Source: Leptospirales bacterium
GTDB lineage: Bacteria; Spirochaetota; Leptospiria; Turneriellales; JAOUFE01
Direction: 5' to 3'
Assembly (NCBI GenBank): GCA_040326155.1
Contig: JBEQLE010000001.1
Location: 32,001-96,000 of the forward strand
Length of the DNA: 64,000 nucleotides
The stretch's first letter is position 1, and the number at the start of each line of letters is the position of its first letter. Shown here one piece after another: positions 21,601-28,899 of the stretch. The notes below the pieces were generated by a model, which saw only the letters and a list, made by a program, of their open reading frames with translations, did not search any database and was not told the DNA's origin. Position numbers and translations under genes: made by a program.

Positions 21601-23466
21601 GAATACGATTACACATATAGCGCCGGCGGGAATCTCATAAAAAAAGGAGACAGAACCAACTACTATAATGGTGCGACTCAGTGTAATAACAACCCTGCTC
21701 CTTCGCAAGCGGTATGCGCCGACTCCGAAGGTAACGAGTACAAGTATGACGCAAATGGCAATATGATAAACAGGGCAGGCAGAGAACTTGTCTACAATTA
21801 TCTGAACCGTTTAACCGAAGTTAAAGATGGAAACGGCGGAGCCGAAATCTATACTTATGATTTTAGCGGAAAAAGGGTGAAAAAGAAAAGGGCCGATGGA
21901 ACAACCGTCTATAATATTGCGGGTCTCTATGAAGTTTCCATAGACTCAAACGGAACCGAGCTACATACAAAATACATATATGGAACTGCCGGCGATCTGG
22001 CCGCCCAGGTGACTTTACACGAATCGGATGTTACAGTCGCGGGCTTAAACCGGTACAGCGAATATGCAAAAGCGAGCCTGGCCATCCCCGGCAGCGGTAC
22101 TTGGTTCAAGAAATTAATTTCGGATCATTTTCGGGGCAGACAAACCAGTACCCAGGTCTATCTGTTTGTTCTGATTGCTCTTCTTTTAATCGGACTGTAT
22201 ATAAGAACCAATTGGAAGGTTTATCGAAAAACGCCAGTCAACGAACGAAGAAAAATGGCCCCCATGGCGCTATTTACGGCGATTGTCTTTATTTTCACCT
22301 TTGTCTTTAACGGATGTGAAGGGGAAGATGTCTATACCGATGTTACTCTGGTTGCACCCATTGATTTAACCGGGGCAGACGAGATTTCGACGGTACCAAC
22401 CTCCATGTATAACGACACAACAACCGTTGGTCAAGTTCGAGTTGGCGTACTGTTTTTTCACCCCAACTTTCAAGGTTCTACAGCGCTCGTTACCGACTAT
22501 GAAGGCAAACTGGTGACCGAAATTCACTATAAACCCTATGGCGAAATAAACCGTTCTGCCTCAACCGGTTATGACGTATCGCGCTATAAATATACCGGGC
22601 AAGAAGAAGACGCCGAAACTGGTCTAATGTACTTCGGGGCCAGATATTACGACCCCGGAATCGGGCGCTTTATAACACAAGATACAAAAGTTCTCGAAGG
22701 AACCCAGGGATTAAATCGGTATATGTATACGTATGGAAACCCTATGATGTATACCGATCCGAGTGGAAATAATCCGTTCTTGATTATATTTATCATTGTA
22801 ATCGCCGGTGTAATGTCAGCAGTTTCTAATGTATCAGCAGCATGCTCAATAGATGGGTGTTCCACGGGAGAGATGATTAGTGCAGCAATTAATGGCTTTA
22901 TTGGCGGCGCGATACAAATGGGAATACAGGTTTATTTTACATCTTTTGGTATGCCGGGAGTTGGCGCAGTTTTTGGCACTTTTGTGAGTAGCTTATTTAC
23001 AGCGGCAATAGACAGTGAAACAGGCGCATTAACTAAAGATGATTGGATAAATATAGCGATACAAACCAGCATTTCTGCTGCAATGGCAGGGTATAGCATT
23101 CACCAGAATATAAAATTGAATGGTAAATATATTAAACCTACAGTTAGTAGCATGATCACAAAAGAAGCGATTAAAAAACAAGCATTGAATGTCACGGATA
23201 TGGCCATTGGCTACGGTGCCAGTGTTACGGAAGAGTACCTTAATGACCAGAACTCTGAGGATTGTAGTAAAAGTGGTACCGGCGATAGCTGCACTACTTC
23301 TACTGGTTCCGGTGATAGCGAGGGATCGGGATCGTCACCTGAAGAACCGACACCTTCAGGTGACGGCGACAACGAACCTGGCGGCGACGGCGACAACGAC
23401 GAGCCGCCCGGTGCTGTACTATCTGCACCGCCGCCCCCCACAATGGAGGTTATGAACTTTAGATAG
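15697..23466 (+). CDS. Large SpvB/TcdB-type Rhs (YD-repeat) polymorphic toxin-like protein
   Basis: Signal peptide; SpvB-like N-terminus ([35 protein letters not shown]); many YD repeats; Rhs core ([29 protein letters not shown]...[10 protein letters not shown]); ATG 15697 follows a GGAGAGG RBS. Confidence 0.93.
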   Translation: [2589 protein letters not shown]

Positions 23467-23572
23467 TCAAACAAACGTGAGTAAACTCTCTCACACGGCG
23501 TCCAATTTGTTGGAAAATTCCCCACCAGTAAGAAAAATTACAGGTGGGGAATAAACCAACATACATCCAGTT

Positions 23573-23689
23573 TTAAATCTTATTTGACGCTGCTTCGAAT
23601 AGATCGTTTTTTTCTGCCTCTGCTATGGCTTGCGCAATTTTTGACCATTTTATGAATCGATCAACAAGTACTTTATTTAAATCACCCAT
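23573..23689 (-). pseudogene. C-terminal gene fragment (...IAQAIAEAEKNDLFE...), paralogous to 27104-27178
   Basis: 41/47 nt match between 23593-23639 and 27133-27179, with mostly synonymous differences. Confidence 0.6.
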
Positions 23690-24069
23690 TTCTTTTAGGG
23701 ACTCTAGTTATGTTAAAAGCTCAGCTTATGATAGGATAAGTAGTTTAGGAGGTTCCATTGAATTCAGCTCTTCCAACTGAGGTTTGTATAAATGATTTGG
23801 TATATTTTCTGTGCCCAGCCATTTATATACAACAAATGTAGCAAAAAAGGCTTTCAAGTTTCCTGATTGGAAGGCTTTAATGATAGGGCTATATTCGTCA
23901 AAGGATAGTAATAGAGCTAATGGATACTTTTTCAGTTGCAATGTCTTCAACTCCGAGAGTTTCGTTTGTTCCGTAGGCCATAATACTTATTTTCCCTATT
24001 GTACAATATAGCCTTAATTGTACAAGTTCTACTGTAAAAAACTGCTACTGATTTGTAATTAATATATTC

Positions 24070-24283
24070 TCCTAACGAGCACAGGAGGTGTGAGCCGACA
24101 AACCATACACCGTTTATTTCCGATAACTACCCTTACACAAGCAAACCGGCGCACGACACCTGAAAAATATCGTATGGGGTGGCGAAGAACGCCATTTTTT
24201 ATGGCGGTCGCAGCCAGGGGAAAGACAAAAATACGTGAAGTGTAAAAACCCGGCTTTACCCATTAAAACTTAGTTGGTTAGCT
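24070..24283 (-). repeat. Long structured repeat, copy A (attC-like ends)
   Basis: Shares ATATCGTATGGGGTGGCG, TCGCAG.CAGGGGAAAGA and GCTTT.CCCATT blocks with 62219-62449; on the minus strand starts AGCTAAC (containing the upstream ORF stop) and ends GTTAGGA. Confidence 0.7.
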
Positions 24284-24493
24284 CGTTTTGTTATAAGTTC
24301 TTTGACCATTGTTCGAACGGAGAAAAGGTAGGGTAGCAACCAATGTCACTTCGTTAATTTTAACGCGAAGTTTTATATTTTCTTCTTTGAAGAGAACTTC
24401 AAAGGCTGCTTTCATCGTCTCCGGATTTTGCGCCTTGACTTTCTGTGAATCTTGAAATACGTGGTTGAGTTTTTCGAGGGGCGACATCGTCAA
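24278..24493 (-). pseudogene. Small orphan ORF or truncated gene ending in the attC-like element
   Basis: 71 aa; its TAA lies in the AGCTAAC box; no recognisable family. Confidence 0.35.
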
Positions 24494-24510
24494 GTTTTTC
24501 TAAAAAATAG

Positions 24511-24544
24511 TTGCCGCTAAGTCTAAGTTGTTGTATAATACAAC
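24511..24544 (+). promoter_or_regulatory. Sigma-70 promoter of marR with overlapping operator
   Basis: TTGCCG (24511)-17 bp-TATAAT (24534); palindrome GTTGTAT-A-ATACAAC at 24530-24544. Confidence 0.8.
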
Positions 24545-24547
24545 TGA

Positions 24548-25012
24548 ATGAAGGCAGTTATGAACAGCGAGATAGATACAACAAGGGAATACTTGAAGAT
24601 CTTCACCGACCTGGCGAAGCTTATGAGGAATTTTCAACACGAGGCGCCCTTTTGCGAGGGCCTTACTTTTGGGCAATTTACGATACTCGATCATGTTATC
24701 CAAAACAAGCATCTCGAATTATCAAAACTGCACGGTTTACTCGGTGTCGAAAAAAGTACGACAACACGTTTGATACAACCTCTCGTTGATCAGAACTTCG
24801 TCGAAAAAGTGAAATCAGCCGATGACTCGCGCATTCTCTACCTGGAAATTACAGACGAAGGAAAGGAAATCCATGATAATGCGTGGCGATGTTTATCGTC
24901 CTTTTTCCATAATAGCTTCGAATCGATAGCCCCTGGTAAACAACATGAAATTACCAGCGGGTTAAAGTTATTTATTTCCAGATTTGACGAATGCTGCGGA
25001 GGCAGTTGCTGA
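24548..25012 (+). CDS. MarR family regulator with Cys clusters (probable As(III)-responsive repressor)
   Basis: wHTH GVEKSTTTRLIQPL..., DSRILYLEITDEG; Cys in PFCEG, WRCL and C-terminal ECCGGSC; directly upstream of arsM. Confidence 0.88.
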   Translation: MKAVMNSEIDTTREYLKIFTDLAKLMRNFQHEAPFCEGLTFGQFTILDHVIQNKHLELSKLHGLLGVEKSTTTRLIQPLVDQNFVEKVKSADDSRILYLEITDEGKEIHDNAWRCLSSFFHNSFESIAPGKQHEITSGLKLFISRFDECCGGSC

Positions 25013-25038
25013 GTAGAAGCAAAAAAATTTAACAAATA

Positions 25039-25053
25039 GTTGTACCATACAAC
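25039..25053. promoter_or_regulatory. Second copy of the MarR operator, next to the arsM RBS
   Basis: GTTGTA-CCA-TACAAC, same GTTGTA-N3-TACAAC as 24530-24544. Confidence 0.75.
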
Positions 25054-25065
25054 AAAGGAGAAAAC

Positions 25066-25911
25066 ATGAACGCGGAAGAAACAAGAAAAGTAGTAAGAGA
25101 AGGTTATACGGAGGTCGCCAAAAAGGGCGGTTTGGTCGCGGGGAATAGTTGTTGCGGGCCAAATACCAGCCAAAATACGGTTGCAAAGGGCGGCGGCGCA
25201 AGTTGCTGCGCACCCTCGGTGAGCGCTGAAAACATCAGCCAGGCCATCGGGTATTCAGCGACCCAACTGCAAGAGATACCAGACTCAGCCAACCTCGGTC
25301 TAGGTTGCGGGAACCCCACCGCCTTGGCGGAGATCAAAGAAGGCGATGTCGTCCTCGATCTCGGGTCCGGAGCCGGCATTGATGTTTTTCTAGCCTCCAA
25401 ACAAGTGGGGCCAACGGGAAAAGTCATTGGTGTTGATATGACCGACGAGATGCTCGCCAAGGCCCGTAAAAATGCCGAGACCGGCGGATACACGAATGTC
25501 GAATTTCGCAAGGGCGTGATTGAAGAATTGCCCGTCGATTCCGATACCGTCGATTTGATTATTTCGAATTGCGTGATCAACCTGTCGCCGGAAAAAGACA
25601 AGGTCTTCCAAGAAGCCCATCGGGTACTAAAACCAGGCGGGCAGATTATGGTGTCGGACATTGTGATTCTTCGCGATCTCCCCGATGCGATCAAAGATTC
25701 TTTGGATGCCTACGTCGGTTGCATTTCCGGGGCCGAGAAAATCGAAGACTACAAAGCGGCGATCAGCGATGCCGGCTTTACAGATATCGAAATTCTCAGC
25801 CAGGATAATTTCGGCTCCGAGATTGCGGGGACCTACTTGAATCTCACGGTAGACGAAAATGTTGACGTCGAGAATCTAGCTGCCAGCATCAAGGTGCGCG
25901 CCAGGAAATAG
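25066..25911 (+). CDS. arsM: Arsenite S-adenosylmethionine methyltransferase
   Basis: SCCG/SCCA, NLGLGCGNP, VLDLGSGAGID, ISNCVINLSP and YVGCISGA motifs with the conserved Cys residues; AAAGGAG RBS. Confidence 0.95.
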   Translation: MNAEETRKVVREGYTEVAKKGGLVAGNSCCGPNTSQNTVAKGGGASCCAPSVSAENISQAIGYSATQLQEIPDSANLGLGCGNPTALAEIKEGDVVLDLGSGAGIDVFLASKQVGPTGKVIGVDMTDEMLAKARKNAETGGYTNVEFRKGVIEELPVDSDTVDLIISNCVINLSPEKDKVFQEAHRVLKPGGQIMVSDIVILRDLPDAIKDSLDAYVGCISGAEKIEDYKAAISDAGFTDIEILSQDNFGSEIAGTYLNLTVDENVDVENLAASIKVRARK

Positions 25912-25915
25912 GTAT

Positions 25916-25947
25916 TTTTGCAGGGGCGAGGCCTCGCCCCTGCAAAA
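25916..25947. repeat. Perfect 32-bp palindrome (REP-like or terminator) after arsM
   Basis: TTTTGCAGGGGCGAGG|CCTCGCCCCTGCAAAA. Confidence 0.85.
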
Positions 25948-26047
25948 CGGGATCGTTCCCATATTAGGCAGGAAATAACTGTTGTCGGAAATCCATAATA
26001 TATATTCCCTGACCCGTATACTTCTCATCCCTTCCATTAAATATTTA

Positions 26048-26076
26048 TTGACAAATTGAACATATTTGAATACATT
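26048..26076 (+). promoter_or_regulatory. Sigma-70 promoter of the toxin-antitoxin pair
   Basis: TTGACA-17 bp-TACATT, 21 nt before the antitoxin ATG. Confidence 0.7.
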
Positions 26077-26097
26077 CGAAAGCACTGAAGGAATATT

Positions 26098-26346
26098 ATG
26101 TCAAAAACAATTACGATACGTCTCAATGACGAAGTCTACGAATTATTTAAAAAAGCTGCTGCCGGTGATAGAAGGTCTATTTCAAATTATATCGAATATG
26201 CAACTTTATCATATGTCACTAATGATTCGTACGTCTCCGATGAAGAAATGGAAGAAATACTTTCTAGTCCCAAGACCGTTAAAAACTTAGAGAAAGGGTT
26301 GCAGGATATAAAACAAGGTAAGTACAAAATTGCATCACGAGTTTGA
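26098..26346 (+). CDS. Ribbon-helix-helix (CopG-like) type II antitoxin
   Basis: MSKTITIRLNDEVYELFKKAA..RSISNYIE RHH pattern; LEKGLQDIKQGK tail; overlaps the toxin gene. Confidence 0.85.
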   Translation: MSKTITIRLNDEVYELFKKAAAGDRRSISNYIEYATLSYVTNDSYVSDEEMEEILSSPKTVKNLEKGLQDIKQGKYKIASRV

Positions 26347-26614
26347 AATAGGTGAAACGGAAGATTTTATTCGGAAAATAAAGCATCGAGATTTTAAAAC
26401 TATCAGCCATAAAATAGAAAATTTCGTTTATCCACAGTTAAAAATCAACCCATTTTACGGTCCAAATATAAAGAAATTAAAAGGGAAATATAAAGAGATA
26501 TACCGTTACCGTGTCGGTAATTTCAGATTATTTTACGCAATAGATTCTAATGAAGTTTTGATTATCATGATTGATATAGAGAAGAGAAAAGATAGCTACA
26601 AAGGGCGTAAGTAG
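26330..26614 (+). CDS. RelE/ParE family toxin
   Basis: NPFYGPNIKKLKG..YRYRVGNFRLFY.ID....IEKRKDSY. Confidence 0.9.
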   Translation: MHHEFEIGETEDFIRKIKHRDFKTISHKIENFVYPQLKINPFYGPNIKKLKGKYKEIYRYRVGNFRLFYAIDSNEVLIIMIDIEKRKDSYKGRK

Positions 26615-27103
26615 TGAATTATGGACATCGTATTACTCGTCTGTAGAATAAGTCCATCAGAGCAATAAATAATTCCCCAGTGAGAGATTTTTGAGCTTAT
26701 TTGTCCGTCTTTCATTCTTGTTTTTCCCGTTACCAGCTATCTCATCTAAATATGTCCACTAATTTTCCATTACATTACAGATTTTTCCTCTATTGTGAGC
26801 CAGGTTGAAAAAGAGCCATTGGCAATTCACCTTCCGTTGGCTTGAGGCCGATAGCGGAAGCGGTTATATTTTAATAATCCAAGTGGGTCAGATATTATTA
26901 GTTTATTTATGCTATTGGTATATTTTTTGTAGCTTAGTTTGTAAAGATTATACACTTCAGTAATTAATTTAATTGGAAAATCTAAAATATCTACGCTTTT
27001 ACAATGCTTAATATCATCGATAGTTATCCAATTTGCATTTTCACTGGCAAATGATATAGGCAAAAACGCATATTGAAAATATTACTGTTCATTGACTAAA
27101 ATA

Positions 27104-27178
27104 TCAGTTCGAACCAGCCAAGTGTTCAGCAACTTCGAATAAATCATCTTTTTCTGCTTCAGCTATGGCCTGCGCAAT
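27104..27178 (-). pseudogene. C-terminal gene fragment (IAQAIAEAEKDDLFEVAEHLAGSN*) abutting the rsmA stop
   Basis: Paralogue of 23573-23689; begins immediately after the rsmA TGA. Confidence 0.55.
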
Positions 27179-28018
27179 TCAATCTACCAGATAATGGTAC
27201 AACTTCAGGTAATCGGCAAATTCAAGTTGGTCAGCTCGTTTTGTCAGTAGAATTTTAATCGTATCGTCTTCTACTTCTTTGAGCCTGCTTTGAAACCGCT
27301 CTCTTATCTGTTCCAGACCTTCTGCCTGAATAAATGGATTTTTCAACAGGGAGTTTTGCAGACTTTTTCGTTTACCCCAGAAAGCTGACCTTAGTATAAT
27401 TTCAAACTGTTCAATTTTTTCAACTTTATGATTTCTGGTCCAGACTACCCAACTAGCATCAACCTTTGGTACCGGGTAAAAATTTCCTTTTTTCATCGGA
27501 GCAAACACTTTTGCATCTCCAAGCGAGTGTAGATACAACGCCAATGAGTTACCCTTTGGCACAGTAATTTTATCGGCTACGTCTTTTTGAATACCAAATA
27601 AAAAACGGTTCACAAAAGGCATCTTACCGGCTACGCGTGTAAGAATCGGAGCTGTAATATAAAAAGGAAGGTTACCGACCGCCTGGGTAACATTTGCTTT
27701 CTCCCAGACACTTATATCCATTTTCAAAAAATCGGACTCCATAACTTCCAGCTTTCCATTTTGAATTTCGTTCGAATATTTTTCTCGTAAAAAAGCCGCA
27801 AGGGAACGATCTTTTTCACAGAGTATCATAGAATATCCGCGAGTTAAAAAAAATTCAGTTACGGCGCCAAGACCCGGGCCTATCTCGAGAATTTTTTCTT
27901 CGGGAATAATTTCTTTTTCAGCCCCTGTCAGAGAGTTTGTATGTAAAAGAAAGTTCTGACCAAACGATTTTAACGGAGGAATTCCGATGCGCTTTAAAAG
28001 CTTGGACGGATGTTCCAC
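27179..28018 (-). CDS. rsmA: 16S rRNA adenine dimethyltransferase
   Basis: KSFGQNFL, ILEIGPGLG, VGNLPFYIT, FYPVPKVDA. Confidence 0.95.
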   Translation of the reverse strand: MEHPSKLLKRIGIPPLKSFGQNFLLHTNSLTGAEKEIIPEEKILEIGPGLGAVTEFFLTRGYSMILCEKDRSLAAFLREKYSNEIQNGKLEVMESDFLKMDISVWEKANVTQAVGNLPFYITAPILTRVAGKMPFVNRFLFGIQKDVADKITVPKGNSLALYLHSLGDAKVFAPMKKGNFYPVPKVDASWVVWTRNHKVEKIEQFEIILRSAFWGKRKSLQNSLLKNPFIQAEGLEQIRERFQSRLKEVEDDTIKILLTKRADQLEFADYLKLYHYLVD

Positions 28019-28019
28019 G

Positions 28020-28811
28020 TTACATAACGTTTTTCATCTGGGCTAGGCGACCCCGCAAACGCATTATTGCTTTCGTATGAAGTTGAGATACTCTCGATTC
28101 TGTTACTTCCAGCACTTCACCAATTTCTTTTAAAGTAAGGTCCTCATAATAATATAAAACGATTACTTTCTTTTCTTTTTCGGGAAGTTTTTGTATAGAT
28201 TCAATAATTATAGTTTTAATTTCTTCACGCTCAACCATAACATCGGGGTTCATATTAGAGGGAGATTCAATCGTCTCCATAAAAGAGAGTTCATCGGAAT
28301 CATCGTTCCCGTGCCAGATATCATTCAGAGAGACCAGACTTGTGCCTGATATTTTTGAGACCAATATATGAAACTCTTCGAGACTTAATTCGAGTTCTTT
28401 GGCAATCTCTTCATCTTCAACCGTTCGCCCCAGTTTATTCTCAAGCTCAACAATAATCTTTTCAATCTGTTTTGCCTTTTGTCGAATCGATCGAGGAATC
28501 CAGTCAATACTTCGCAGTTCGTCAAAAACTGCCCCGCGTATGCGAGTCATTGCATATGTTTTGAATTTTACTTCTTTCGATGGATCGTATTTTTCAATTG
28601 CGTCTAATAACCCAAACGTTCCATAACTGACAAGATCGTCAAATTCTACATTATGCGGCATACCAACGGCAACTTTGCCAGCGACATACTTCACCAGCGG
28701 CGCATATTTTTTTATAAAATAATTACGAATTCCAGGTTCTCTGGCCTGAACATATTCTCGCCAGATGTCTTGTTCTTCTCTATCGTCGTATTGTTTTGCT
28801 TTTAAACCCAT
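28020..28811 (-). CDS. fliA: Flagellar sigma factor FliA/WhiG (sigma-28)
   Basis: [57 protein letters not shown] 28811 preferred over TTG 28856. Confidence 0.96.
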   Translation of the reverse strand: MGLKAKQYDDREEQDIWREYVQAREPGIRNYFIKKYAPLVKYVAGKVAVGMPHNVEFDDLVSYGTFGLLDAIEKYDPSKEVKFKTYAMTRIRGAVFDELRSIDWIPRSIRQKAKQIEKIIVELENKLGRTVEDEEIAKELELSLEEFHILVSKISGTSLVSLNDIWHGNDDSDELSFMETIESPSNMNPDVMVEREEIKTIIIESIQKLPEKEKKVIVLYYYEDLTLKEIGEVLEVTESRVSQLHTKAIMRLRGRLAQMKNVM

Positions 28812-28899
28812 GACATAACCTTGATCTGTGATAAATGCTACATAAGATCCTACCAATAAACATCAATTGAGGGGAAACGTCAACCCTTTTACCCAAATA

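Noticed and set aside
23726..23950. Immunity gene for the Rhs toxin
   Set aside because: Opposite strand, TTG start, no clear RBS; looks like gene debris, as does 26827-27063.
26428..26436. Perfect DnaA box TTATCCACA
   Set aside because: Single copy inside the RelE coding sequence, far from dnaA; expected by chance.
27104..27181. Stop-codon readthrough or selenocysteine extension of rsmA
   Set aside because: The in-frame downstream peptide is a paralogue of the fragment at 23573-23689; RsmA is already full length and no SECIS-like hairpin is evident.
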